Source of the DNA: a virus
Direction: 5' to 3' (one strand)
Virus record (IMG/VR): IMGVR_UViG_3300045960_000093
Location: 4,211 to 68,210 of that record
Length of the DNA stretch: 64,000 nt
Part shown: in pieces, positions 7,844 to 18,100 of the stretch
How the letters are laid out: every line of letters begins with the position of its first letter
Numbering within the stretch: the stretch's first letter is position 1
Position numbers and translations under genes: made by a program
Notes under the pieces: model-generated
Databases searched by the model: none
The model's input: only the letters and a program-made list of their open reading frames with translations
What the model was told of the DNA's origin: nothing

Positions 7844-8194
7844 ATGAGCACAAGACCACCGCTGCGGGGACCGAAAGGGCCCGACAACATGCCGGAGGAG
7901 AGCACCGTCACTGGGGTTCAAGAACGGCGACAACCCGACAACGCACAGCAGCGCGGCGTTCTGGACGCCGTGCTCCAGGAGCGAGAGTACCAGCGGCAGC
8001 GCTGGCACTCCGACCAGCACCACCAGCAGTCCGACTGGCTGGCCATCATGACGGTCTGGTTGGGCAAGATCGCCTCCGAGGCGCCGCCGTACCGCGACCC
8101 CAGCAACCCCGAGGCCGCCAAGGCTTTCAAGAAACGCATCACGCAGCTCACCGCCATCGGGCTCGCCGCCCTCGAGGCCATGGAGGAGTCATGA
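7844..8194 (+). CDS. MazG-like all-alpha NTP pyrophosphohydrolase-fold protein
   Basis: VLQEREYQRQRW...DWLAIM...LGK...QLTAIGLAALE pattern; RBS GGAG; the catalytic acidic residues look degenerate. Confidence 0.5.
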   Translation: MSTRPPLRGPKGPDNMPEESTVTGVQERRQPDNAQQRGVLDAVLQEREYQRQRWHSDQHHQQSDWLAIMTVWLGKIASEAPPYRDPSNPEAAKAFKKRITQLTAIGLAALEAMEES

Positions 8195-8529
8195 AGCGTG
8201 GCACCTACATGCTCAAGCCCGAGAGGATAAAGCTCGGCAAGCTGGTGAAGACGTACCTGTACCTGCGTGGTGGCACGAAGGACGAGACGGCCTTCTACCA
8301 GTACAAGATCAAGACCAAAGCCGGAGAGCTTCTGGTGTCGACCAACGATGACACCGGTGCGGTCTTCTGTCGGTTCTCCGATCCTACGGCCGCAAAGAAC
8401 ACCCTGAATGGGTATGGAGCTCTCCAGAGGCTCAACCCCTACTCGGGAAAGTGGAACTTCCACTGGAGCCGCATGGACGCCGAAGAAGCCTTCCAGCAGT
8501 TCAAGTACGAGCTCGACAGAGTGCTGTGA
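8191..8529 (+). CDS. Hypothetical protein
   Basis: ATGA overlap; RBS GGAGG; last gene of the + strand block. Confidence 0.7.
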   Translation: MKRGTYMLKPERIKLGKLVKTYLYLRGGTKDETAFYQYKIKTKAGELLVSTNDDTGAVFCRFSDPTAAKNTLNGYGALQRLNPYSGKWNFHWSRMDAEEAFQQFKYELDRVL

Positions 8530-8565
8530 GGAACCGGGGGCGGGCAGCCGCCCCCATTCCTTTTT
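8530..8565 (+). terminator. Intrinsic terminator between the convergent operons
   Basis: GGGGGCGG-GCAG-CCGCCCCC stem, extendable by GGAA/TTCC, followed by TTTTT. Confidence 0.8.
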
Positions 8566-8569
8566 AGCC

Positions 8570-9031
8570 TTATTTTGTGCCCAGGTAGAAGCCCAAGCCA
8601 ACGGCGCCGGCGACCACCCCGGCGGCGCCCACGATGTAGGGCCAGATGGTGCCGCCTTCGCACTCGACCAGCTTCTTCTCGCAGGTGTTGAGGCTACCCT
8701 CGAGCCGCAGGCACCGATCGGCCAGGATCTTCTTGTCGGCCTGGAGGGCCACGATGATGGTGTCCTTCGCGTCCAGCGCCCTTTTTAGCCCTGCCGCGAC
8801 CTCGGTGAGGTCTTGGACGTCGGCCCTCAGCTTGACGAGCTCTGCGTCGAACTGGGCGAGCTGGAGGTACTCGTCCAGCAGGTAGTAGCGGGCCCGCCCC
8901 ACGCCCTGAACCTGCCCGTCGTGGCCGGGCGGCATAAGCTGGAAGGCCACCACGGTCTGCGCCTGAGCGGGCCGCGGGTCCGTCATCATCAGAACGAAGA
9001 AGGCCAGAGCCCACGTTCGGTTGGACAGCAT
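8570..9031 (-). CDS. Signal peptide + coiled coil + C-terminal TM protein (spanin-like)
   Basis: MLSNRTWALAFFVL...AQA signal peptide; heptad region; WPYIVGAAGVVAGAVGLGFYL tail. Confidence 0.55.
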   Translation of the reverse strand: MLSNRTWALAFFVLMMTDPRPAQAQTVVAFQLMPPGHDGQVQGVGRARYYLLDEYLQLAQFDAELVKLRADVQDLTEVAAGLKRALDAKDTIIVALQADKKILADRCLRLEGSLNTCEKKLVECEGGTIWPYIVGAAGVVAGAVGLGFYLGTK

Positions 9032-9032
9032 C

Positions 9033-9449
9033 CTACTTCCTCGCGTCGACGACGATCTGGTCCCAGGACGTGATGCTGGAGAGCTCCTTGACGTGCTCCT
9101 CGTGGGCGACCCGGCGGGCGTCCATCTCGTTCTGGAGCTCGGTGACACGGGCCATGGCGTCTCGGATGACCTCTTCGGCATCCTTCCGCTGGGCGTCGTT
9201 GTCGGCGAGCTTCGCGTTCTCGTGCGCCTGCCGTTCAGCCTCGAGCTGCTCCCGGAGCTTCCGGGCGGTCTCAGCCGCGGCGCGCTTGGTGAGCACCATC
9301 TTGATGCCCAGGATGGCGAGGATCAGAACGAAGATGCCGATGAAGAACGCCGCGACCGGCAGAGAGGACTTCTCCTCTGTGCCGGCCGCGGAGTCCAACA
9401 GCTTCTGCAGGCCGGTCTTTTCGGCCGGCTTGGGGTCTTGGTCCGGCAT
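9033..9449 (-). CDS. Single-TM coiled-coil protein (i-spanin-like)
   Basis: TM segment AAFFIGIFVLILAILGI followed by a ~90-aa coiled coil. Confidence 0.55.
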   Translation of the reverse strand: MPDQDPKPAEKTGLQKLLDSAAGTEEKSSLPVAAFFIGIFVLILAILGIKMVLTKRAAAETARKLREQLEAERQAHENAKLADNDAQRKDAEEVIRDAMARVTELQNEMDARRVAHEEHVKELSSITSWDQIVVDARK

Positions 9450-9450
9450 G

Positions 9451-10014
9451 CTACTTCGCCGGGGCCGGCGCCGGGGGTACGGGCTTCTTCTGGACCAGCG
9501 CGACGATGACATCGAAGAGCTCGTGGATCGAGATGGCCAACGGTCCCGAGATGCCGAGCATGATGGCGCTCATCCAGTCCTCGCCGGCGGCGAAGTGCGA
9601 TAGCAGCGTCACGCCGATACCGAGCACCAGGGTCGACAGTCTCAGCACCAGCTTGCCTTTCGCGCCCTTCCAGAACTCGCTCGTGAACTTCAGGCAACTG
9701 AGCAAGATCTTGAAGATGGCGGCCAGCAGACCCATGAGGGCCAGCCGAGCGGCCAGCTTGTCGCCGGCGCCCTTGGCGGCCTTGAGGACCTTGAAGGCCT
9801 CCGCGACGCCCTTGGCATCTGTCACGACGTCGTTGACGGTGATCTTGTCGCCTTCGACTTTGACGACGTCGGGGACCGCGGCCGGCTCGACCGCCGGCGC
9901 CGCAGGCTGCTCGACGGCGGCCGTGGCTGGAACGGGGACCGGGGTTGCGGGGGCCTGCGCCAGCGCAATCGCGGCCCAGAGCAGAAAGGGAAGCGACAGC
10001 AGGGTCTTCTTCAT
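9451..10014 (-). CDS. Signal peptide + ~3 TM membrane protein (holin-like)
   Basis: MKKTLLSLPFLLWAAIALA signal peptide; three hydrophobic segments; RBS AGGAG. Confidence 0.55.
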   Translation of the reverse strand: MKKTLLSLPFLLWAAIALAQAPATPVPVPATAAVEQPAAPAVEPAAVPDVVKVEGDKITVNDVVTDAKGVAEAFKVLKAAKGAGDKLAARLALMGLLAAIFKILLSCLKFTSEFWKGAKGKLVLRLSTLVLGIGVTLLSHFAAGEDWMSAIMLGISGPLAISIHELFDVIVALVQKKPVPPAPAPAK

Positions 10015-10023
10015 GGTTCTCTC

Positions 10024-10455
10024 CTAGGCCTCGGAGGCCTTCGCGGTTTCAGGCAACGGAGGCGTGGTGGGGCCGCGGCGCATGCCGGGAACCGGCCCTT
10101 TGCGCTTCGCCGGCGTCGGTGGCACCGGAGGGGCGCTCTCCGAAGGGACCCCGTTGCCGGCCGGCGGCACGATGTCCTCTTCGAACTTCGAGGACGCCAG
10201 GTAGTCCAAGAGGCCGGTAGCCCGGCCCTGGATGTCGGCCGCCTGGAGCTCGAGCGAACGCAGACGGGCCTCGGCCTGTCGGATCTGGTCCCGCATCTGG
10301 CTGACGTCCTGCTGGACCTGATTGAGGCGCTGCGACTCTTGGCGGTACTTGGTCGCGATCCTCAGCTCTTCCTTCGACAGGCTCTTGGGGTCGCTCTCGG
10401 AGGTCTTCAGGACGTTTTGGATGTAGTTCTGGACTTGCTGTTGGTCGATCGGCAT
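10024..10455 (-). CDS. Coiled-coil hypothetical protein
   Basis: Heptad-rich core; RBS GGGAG. Confidence 0.7.
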   Translation of the reverse strand: MPIDQQQVQNYIQNVLKTSESDPKSLSKEELRIATKYRQESQRLNQVQQDVSQMRDQIRQAEARLRSLELQAADIQGRATGLLDYLASSKFEEDIVPPAGNGVPSESAPPVPPTPAKRKGPVPGMRRGPTTPPLPETAKASEA

Positions 10456-10493
10456 GTGGTCTCCCGTGGTTATGGCCTTGGTCGGTCTCTATC

Positions 10494-10841
10494 TCATTCG
10501 ATGGTGCCTGACAAGATTCCCTTGGCGATCAGGTACTCGTACAGCACGCGCGCCGCGCCGGCGTAGATGGTCTCTTCCGCCTCAGGGAGCTCGGCCACCA
10601 GGTCGTCGTAGTCGGTCGTCGCCGGACCAGGCTCGGCCGGCTTGTTCTCGATGCAGACCGACGGCTCCAGCGACGCCTTGCCGCGAACCCACGATCCGTC
10701 GACCACGTCACCGTACTCCAGGCGAACCTGAACGACCTTTGCGTGCAGGTCGATGCTGAAGCCCGTGATCTTGGCCCGAGGGTACGTCTCACCCGGGTCC
10801 GAGCTACCCGGGTCGTAGGGAGTGGTCAAAAGAATCGGCAT
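10494..10841 (-). CDS. Putative tail fibre assembly/chaperone protein (paralog of 14824-15153)
   Basis: Directly follows tail fibre 1; LTTPYDPGSSDPGETY vs LTTPIDPGSMDPGQTY in the paralog. Confidence 0.55.
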   Translation of the reverse strand: MPILLTTPYDPGSSDPGETYPRAKITGFSIDLHAKVVQVRLEYGDVVDGSWVRGKASLEPSVCIENKPAEPGPATTDYDDLVAELPEAEETIYAGAARVLYEYLIAKGILSGTIE

Positions 10842-10853
10842 CTCAGTCTCCTA

Positions 10854-13800
10854 TCAGGCCTGGCCGTCCGGAATCATGTCTTTTCCGTACATGTAGAGGC
10901 GAGCCCCACCGACCATGTAGACCGTGCCCGCCGTCGCCTTGGTCGACGTGAACTCTACCCAGTAGACGTTGCCGGCAACCGTCGTGTGGTTGCAGGTGAT
11001 CGTCGAGGTGAAGTCTCCGACGGCGCTGGTAGCTGCGGCCGAGGCCACCAGAGTGGCGGCAGACCGCGAGTTCCAGGCGCGGCGGTAGAGGCTCACGGTC
11101 AACGTGTCGGTCGTGTACTGATAGTACGCCACGTCGATCGACACGATGGTGTGGCCCTGCGAGAGGCTCGGCAGATCCATCAGGTAGACGTTGCTCGTGT
11201 TGGTCGCGTCGTACACGAGCTCGTAGTACCGGTAGTTGAACGCATGATGCATCTTCTGCGTCGTCGAGACCGTGTCGCCCTTGGGGAAGGCGTACTTGTA
11301 GTAGTACAAGTCGACGTTCCCCTGGAAGTAGCTCATGTCTGGCGCGTAGAGGTAGCTCATCGCCTGGCAGTAACCAGACGACCATCGGAACGCATCCACC
11401 ATGGTGGCGTTCGATCCGGCGATGCCGGTTGCGTTCGAGGACTGCAAGTACCCGTAGGCGTAACCACCGCCGGGGTACGAGATAATGCGCTGCGCGTAGC
11501 CGGCCCCAATGCGCACCCAGCTTGCACCGTTGTAGTAGCAGTTGAAGTTGAGGCTCTTCTCGCCCCCATCATGCATCGAGCCGATGCTGCCAAACTGGAT
11601 GGGGTTGTTGGAGTTGTTGCTGAGCGTGAGCAGGACGTAGGAGCTCGCCTGGTTTCGGAACGTGTGCAGGTCCGCGTCGTACCAACCGGAGTTCGCTGAG
11701 CCGTAGGACGCACCGTAGAGCTCGATGTGGGCGCCGGAGCTCTGGGCAGAGCCGCCGGACAGCACAAGCCCGCCGTTGTCCACGTCGCGAGAGATGCCCT
11801 GGCCCGTCATGACCTGTACTAGGCCGTTGTTTCGGCGGAAGCGGATTGAAGTCCCGAGCCAGGCCCCGGCGTCGTTGTAGCGATGCAACGTCATGTCGGA
11901 GCCAGCATCACTGCCGGTCTCTCCAGTGCCGTCACAGTTCCAGAACCAGCGTTGGTTGGCGCTGGTGGAGAAGATGACTCCTCGGTCGGTTCCGGCCGCC
12001 CCGTCTATGTAGAGGGCAACGGAACCCGTAGTCTTCAATCGGGCCGAACCGCCCACATCCAGCGGGTAAGCGGCCGACGAGCGGCTGATTCCCACGTAAC
12101 CACCCGATGGGTTCAACAGCAGGTCGTACACCGTCGCGACGCCGTCAACGCGCTGGGAAGAGATGAAGCTCTGACCGCTCGAGAGCACACCCAGGTTCAG
12201 GCCGTAGTTGTTCTCGTTCAAGATCGAGAAGTTGGTGCTTGGAGACCCGGCCAGCGGGTAAGCCGCCATCATCTCGGCAGTCGGAATGGTGATCGACAGC
12301 TTGCTCCTTGGGCTGTAGCTGCCGATTCCGTAGTTGCCTGGACCCTGCCAAGTCAAGTGCGTCGTCGACGCCGACGTGCTACCCGTCGTAGGATTCGCCG
12401 CCGTATAGAGAACGGCGTTCCACTGAGCGGTCAAAGTCGTGTTGGTCCAGTCGTCCGCGTCGAGCAGGAACGACAGCATCTTGGTCGTCGTCGCGTTCGA
12501 CGCACGCCGGCGAATGATCTGCTGTCCATAGTTCCAGTTCATCGCCGACTCGTTCTGGTAGGCGATCGTGCTACGAATGGAGCCGGTCACGTCGAGGTTG
12601 TAGCTCGGGGTGTTTCCGATGCCCACGTAGCCGTTGTCGGCGATCCGCATCCGCTCACCGGCAGTGAGCGTTCCGGCGGTCGTTGTCAGGAACGTGATGT
12701 ACGTTCCCTGCGCACCCGACGTAAAGGTCTCCGCGGCCAGCACACGCATGCTCGCACGAGAAGCGGCGCTCCAGTTCGTACCATCATGCCCACCAGACCC
12801 GAAAATGCCCAAGATGGTTCCAGCCGTAACGGCGAGCGGTGAGGCGTAGGTGCCAAGCGAGCGGTAGGTGTTGAAGAGGGCTAGTGCTCCATAGCTGCGG
12901 AGCCGCACAGAGGCGTTCGCAGCGGAGTTGTCGATCTGGATGCCGGTGGAATCCACCGTTACCAGATTCCAAGCCGTAGCACCGGCGTTGAATCGCCACG
13001 TGCTCGACGCGCGATCGAAGATCAAAGTGTCCGAGGTATCGAACCGGATGGTGGGGTTGCCGCTCTCCATCGCCAGAGAGAAGACAGGGTCGTACCCAAT
13101 CTTCAGCGAGTTGGCCAGGATGTCGGTATGGTTTCCGGTCTCGTCGTGCTCTGAGTCTAGCCGGTAGTCCAGGTCCTCGAGGCTGAGCCGGTAGTCATCG
13201 TACAGCACGTCGGTCCACGAGCTCGCCGACGGCCCCAGGATGTTCTGGATGGCCTTCTGGATCTTGGCGTCCGTCTCCTGCATGTACCGCAGAGGAGCGG
13301 ACGAGAAGGCCGCGGGGTTGTTCGAGATGCTGTCCAGGCTCGACTGGCGCCGGTAGATGACTTTGTAGGTCCCGGCCGGAAGCGAGAAGGTCGGCTCGAC
13401 GTACGGCGTGTCGTAGAACGACCCGTTGTACCGCAGGTCGAACGTCCCCATCGAAAGCCCCGACGGGTTCAGCATCACGGGGCCGAAGTCCTCGGTGACG
13501 AGCTCGAGCGTGGTGTCGTCGATGATGGCCGACACTCGGTAGTTGCCGTTGTTGTTGTACGGCGCCGTGCCGGTGTGGCCCGCGATGATGAACTTGTCGC
13601 CGATGATGGCCTGGGTGGTGAACTCGAGCCCCGTGCCGGCGCAGACCACCCGGTTGTTGAGCTCGACGCGAACGACGGTTCCGGTCTTCTTGGAGCCGTC
13701 CAGGCCCTCAACACGGGTGCCGGCCGGGCCGGTCAGCAGACGGTTCACGCGGGCGGTGTCGACGACGAACGTCACGACGTCGCCAGTCACGGCGGCGTTG

Positions 13801-14819
13801 ACCTGTACGCGGGTCCCATCGGTGTCGACGTTGCGCACTATGACGATGGTTCCCGAGATGTACTTCAAGATCTTGAGCGGACGGTTGGCCAGCGTACCGA
13901 GCGCGCCGTCGCTCGACTTCACGTAGATGTCGCCCTTGACGTCTGCCGGGAGGAAGACCGACGTTCCCGCGGTCACCCGCTGTTCGGCCATCGTGGCATC
14001 GTACGCAAACGTCAGCGAGACGCCGGCGTTGCGGACCGAGGTACTCTCGACCGCGATCTCGTCGCCGTTGGAGTCGAGGATCTTGACGATGTCCTCGAGG
14101 TCGAACGGACTGGGCGCCGGCGCAGAGCCGGTGTGCACGACGTCCGACAGGTAGAACCCGGCTCCTGGGTTCGTCACGTCGGTCGAGATCGTCTCTGCCA
14201 TCTGCTTCTTGCGCAGCAGCATGGCGCTGTAGTCGGCGTTGAGGGCGATCTGCATGACGGCGCGGTTGATGGTCCGCGCCTCCAGGCTCTCGCTCTCCGA
14301 CAGGAGAAGCTGGCCCGGGTAGACACGCTGACGGTCAGGATCGAACTGGCTGGGGGACTCGATCTCTCCCGCGTAGCTCTCCGTGTAGCCGAAGAGGCCG
14401 AGCTTCGACAACGAGTCGTTGTCCGATGTGGTGTCGGGGAGGACCTCGAGATAGCTGCCCTCTCCAGTCGTCGGGCTCTCGAGCTTCAGGAAGCCGTTGT
14501 CCTGCTTGGCGACGTTGGCCCCCAAGGGGCCCGCCATCGTGATGGCGTTGATCTCCGTAACGACCTGCGCGAGCGACAACGTCCCGGCGCCGGAGGAGAA
14601 GGTGATCAAGATGTCGTCCACGGCATCGACGTTCATGTAGAACGTCTTGGCCCGTACGTCGAAGCCAGCGCCCTTGTCTTGTTGGACGCCCAGCAGCGCC
14701 GCACGGGTGCGGATGACGCGCGGTACCACCGATGCCTCGCTGGGAGTCGAGAACGCCGGCAGGACCGGCCAGCCGCCGATCAGACGAGGAGCTTCGACGT
14801 ATGAGAACGGCATCGTCAT
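10854..14819 (-). CDS. Tail fibre protein 1
   Basis: 1321 aa, G/S/T-rich; ERMRIADNGYVGIG...LDVTG fibre repeats; N-terminus paralogous to 15164-19795. Confidence 0.82.
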   Translation of the reverse strand: MTMPFSYVEAPRLIGGWPVLPAFSTPSEASVVPRVIRTRAALLGVQQDKGAGFDVRAKTFYMNVDAVDDILITFSSGAGTLSLAQVVTEINAITMAGPLGANVAKQDNGFLKLESPTTGEGSYLEVLPDTTSDNDSLSKLGLFGYTESYAGEIESPSQFDPDRQRVYPGQLLLSESESLEARTINRAVMQIALNADYSAMLLRKKQMAETISTDVTNPGAGFYLSDVVHTGSAPAPSPFDLEDIVKILDSNGDEIAVESTSVRNAGVSLTFAYDATMAEQRVTAGTSVFLPADVKGDIYVKSSDGALGTLANRPLKILKYISGTIVIVRNVDTDGTRVQVNAAVTGDVVTFVVDTARVNRLLTGPAGTRVEGLDGSKKTGTVVRVELNNRVVCAGTGLEFTTQAIIGDKFIIAGHTGTAPYNNNGNYRVSAIIDDTTLELVTEDFGPVMLNPSGLSMGTFDLRYNGSFYDTPYVEPTFSLPAGTYKVIYRRQSSLDSISNNPAAFSSAPLRYMQETDAKIQKAIQNILGPSASSWTDVLYDDYRLSLEDLDYRLDSEHDETGNHTDILANSLKIGYDPVFSLAMESGNPTIRFDTSDTLIFDRASSTWRFNAGATAWNLVTVDSTGIQIDNSAANASVRLRSYGALALFNTYRSLGTYASPLAVTAGTILGIFGSGGHDGTNWSAASRASMRVLAAETFTSGAQGTYITFLTTTAGTLTAGERMRIADNGYVGIGNTPSYNLDVTGSIRSTIAYQNESAMNWNYGQQIIRRRASNATTTKMLSFLLDADDWTNTTLTAQWNAVLYTAANPTTGSTSASTTHLTWQGPGNYGIGSYSPRSKLSITIPTAEMMAAYPLAGSPSTNFSILNENNYGLNLGVLSSGQSFISSQRVDGVATVYDLLLNPSGGYVGISRSSAAYPLDVGGSARLKTTGSVALYIDGAAGTDRGVIFSTSANQRWFWNCDGTGETGSDAGSDMTLHRYNDAGAWLGTSIRFRRNNGLVQVMTGQGISRDVDNGGLVLSGGSAQSSGAHIELYGASYGSANSGWYDADLHTFRNQASSYVLLTLSNNSNNPIQFGSIGSMHDGGEKSLNFNCYYNGASWVRIGAGYAQRIISYPGGGYAYGYLQSSNATGIAGSNATMVDAFRWSSGYCQAMSYLYAPDMSYFQGNVDLYYYKYAFPKGDTVSTTQKMHHAFNYRYYELVYDATNTSNVYLMDLPSLSQGHTIVSIDVAYYQYTTDTLTVSLYRRAWNSRSAATLVASAAATSAVGDFTSTITCNHTTVAGNVYWVEFTSTKATAGTVYMVGGARLYMYGKDMIPDGQA

Positions 14820-14823
14820 GGCG

Positions 14824-15153
14824 CTATCCTACCGTGCCCGCGTACTCCGGCACCACGGACTGCACGGCGCTGTACAGGCTCCGCAGCATGGCGTCTTCGA
14901 ACAGCTCTCCGTCGAGCGTTGGGAGAGCCTTGATGGCCTCGTACGAGGGAGTGGAGCTCGCGTCGACCACCACGTTGCGCCGAAGAGGAAGACCTCGGCG
15001 CCACGACCCCTCGAGGTAGCAGCCCACCTCCAGCGTGAGCGTGATGCACGGCAACAGGGGGTCGATGGAGATGAAGACGATGCGAACCTTGTTGTAGGTC
15101 TGCCCTGGGTCCATGCTGCCCGGGTCGATGGGGGTTGTGAGTGTGATGTCCAT
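14824..15153 (-). CDS. Putative tail fibre assembly/chaperone protein
   Basis: Follows tail fibre 2; paralog of 10494-10841; RBS AGGAG. Confidence 0.55.
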   Translation of the reverse strand: MDITLTTPIDPGSMDPGQTYNKVRIVFISIDPLLPCITLTLEVGCYLEGSWRRGLPLRRNVVVDASSTPSYEAIKALPTLDGELFEDAMLRSLYSAVQSVVPEYAGTVG

Positions 15154-15163
15154 CGCTGTCTCC

Positions 15164-18100
15164 TCAGGCAGTCGCCAGTTGACGCTTCAAGTCCGCGACC
15201 TCAGCCTTGAGGCTCTGTAGGGCCTTGGTCAGTACTGAGATGATGGACGGCACGTTGAGCGTGGTCTTTTCGGAAGTCGCTACGAGCTCCGGCATCTCTT
15301 CGGCGATGAAGCCGGCCTTCGGGCCGTCCTCCAACGCGGTCTTGAACCGGAACGTCACCGGGCTCAGCTGATCGAGGATACGACCCGCATCATCGGCCGA
15401 GAGCTTCTCCACGTCCTGCTTGAAGCGGATAGAGGAGCCAGGATTCCACTGACCGGTCGCGCTCAGGTTTGCCGTGGTATCGCCGTGCTGGATCGCGGGT
15501 TGTGTGGCAACCCCGCTGACTCGAGGGCTGTACACGATGATGCCGGCGGCTAGTCCGTTCCATCCGGCCGGCAAAGAGATGTAGTTGACGCTGATGCCGT
15601 AGGCGCGGTTGCCGGCGTTCACCCAGCTGGTGGAGAGCCCCGTGATGCTCATGCCGTAAACTAGGCCAGCGGACGTGATGGTATCGACGCGAACGCCGAT
15701 CGCACCCTGCGTTGCCGCCGCCGTGATGTTGTAGAGCGACATGCCGTGCGTGAAGTAGGAGCCGGCGCCGCCCGAGATGTTTCTCGCCGCGAACCCTCCC
15801 ATCCCGTACGTCCCGCCCGCCGTGCTGGTGATCCCGTCTAGGAAGACCCCCCACGCGGTACCTGTGTAGACATTTCCGGTGCCTTCCCCCATGAACGCTG
15901 CCGCAAAGCTTCCCAGACACGACGCCGAGTGGAAACTATACGCGGTCATCGAGTTACCGGCGCTCTGCGAGTCCGAAAATCCGACAACAGCTCGGTACCC
16001 CTCGGCCGCGCTGTAGGCGAAGTTCGCCCCACAGGCAACCGTTGAGCGGAACCCGTAGGCGAAGCCGCCGACCGCGCTGCCGCCACCGTACGGCTTTGCA
16101 AGGTAGACGTCACATCCGTAGGCGCTGGTGAACGTCGAGGTGCCGCCCGCATAAGGGCTGACGTTGATCTTCAAACCACTCAGGTTGGAGATCGTGCTGT
16201 TGTAGCCGCTCCCAAACTGGGAGACATCGACCTGCTGCCCACAGATGGTGTCGAACAGTACCCCGTTCACGTCCGAAAGGTCGCGCTCCACCTCGATGTA
16301 CTGCCCGATGACACTTCCGGTCTGGCCGCCAGCCTGAGGGAACATGTTGCTGTAGCTGGTGTGGAGGTGCGTGAGATACCGCGTCTCCGACGGAGTCCCG
16401 ATCTGGAAATGCTTGTCGACGTAGAAGAGTGGGTACAGCGCGTTTTGCGAAGTCGAGTTGATGTAGAGGCCGCGCATGTTCCCGCTGGCGATGCCCGGCA
16501 TGAAGCAGAAGTTTCCGTACTCTCCGTTGTACGGGCCGCTGATGGGTCCATAGGTGCTGAAGATCAGATTGCCGACTCCCCGCTGCGCGATCTGTGTGGT
16601 ACCGGCGCTGCCACCGTTCCTAACGATCCTCAGCCCATACGTCGTGTAGGTGCTGTCACCCACCAAGTCGATGTAGGACGCCGCGTCGGTCGTCTGCCTA
16701 CCACCAACACGAAGGTAGCTGTCTCCGCCAGCCGTCTCGTTGGCCACCCGAAGCGCAGCGTTGACGTCGAGTCGGTAGGTGGAGCTGATCGTCGTGTCCA
16801 ACGACGAGAAGCCGATGCCGGCGTTTCCGCTGCTCTGCCCGACCAGAAGGGGCTGGTTGGCTGCCCCATTCGTCAGATAGAAATTTCCGCCAGACCGGAT
16901 GCCGAACGTCGACGTCGTGCTGGGGCTCGTGGCCGTCATCGACAGGCTGTCGCCGTAGGCCTTCGTAGATACGAAGGCAGCGTTTCCGGTCGCGGTTCGC
17001 TGTACGGTGATCTGTCCGCCGTTCGTCGTATCGACGCTGACGATGACGTCGTTGTTGGCCCCGTTGTCTCGGAAGTTGAACGTCGAGGTATTGGCGTCGC
17101 CTAGCACACGGAGGTCGGAGATCAGGCTCCACGTCGACCCGTTCCACCGCTTGAACTCCCACTTGGCGATGTGCTGTGTGGCCGGAGTCGTTCCGGTCTC
17201 CATGTCGAGCACCATCAATGGAGACCCGACGCCCTGGTACGAGGTACCTTGGTTGACGGACCCGCTGGGCCGATAGAACGCCGCGATCTTCCCAAGTCCC
17301 GAACTCGGACCGCTCACGGAGAACGTCGCGTTGTCGAGCGTTCCACCATTCACTGCCAACGGGGTTCCGATCCACGAGCTCGTCTGCCCACGGATCTTCG
17401 ACGTAGCACCCTGGAAGTTGGTGGCCAGTGCCGCTGGAGTAATGGACGCCGGGTTCCAGCTATAGCCGAAGTCCTCGTAGGCGCACGCCCCTGGTGTTCC
17501 GGTGTTGAGGTCGGTGACGAGCTCTTCCCAGACCGTCGGGTTGGAAAGACGACGACGGAACAGCACGTAGCGCGCAGCCCCGGCGACACGGTCCCACGTC
17601 AGCCGCACGTACTTGTCGTTCGAGGTTGGGACGACTGCCGGCTCCTCGGTCAGATTCGGCGGCCCGTAGGTACCGTCCGGTGCAACACCGGCCACGCGGT
17701 AGTAGTAGGTGTCGGCTGCCACGATGCTGGCGCCCGCGACAACGGTGGTGAACAAGAAGGCGTCGTAGGACTGCGCCATCTCCAGCGAGAAGGCCTGTCC
17801 GTTCCCTGCCCACAAGGATGTTCTCGGGTAGATGTTCGTGTGCAGCGAGCCGAAGTACCCGTCGGCACTCATATCGGACAACGTCACCGAGTCGGCGGCG
17901 TTTCGTAGGATCACCTTCAGGTTGTGGTTGGACTCGTCGGTCGCGGTGTTCCGAACGATGACGGTGTTGCCCGTGTTGCCGGGCTCCATGTTGATGACGT
18001 CAGGACGGATGGTGGCGTGGCGTCCGGAGTCGTTGTGGTGCTCGAGCCAGAACAGGTTGAAGATGTTCTCGAGGTTGCTCTCGCGGCTCCCGTACAGGTA

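Noticed and set aside
2-8194. Z-genome (DpoZ/MazZ/PurZ) system
   Set aside because: No PurZ or HD-phosphohydrolase in the window; the MazG-like call is weak
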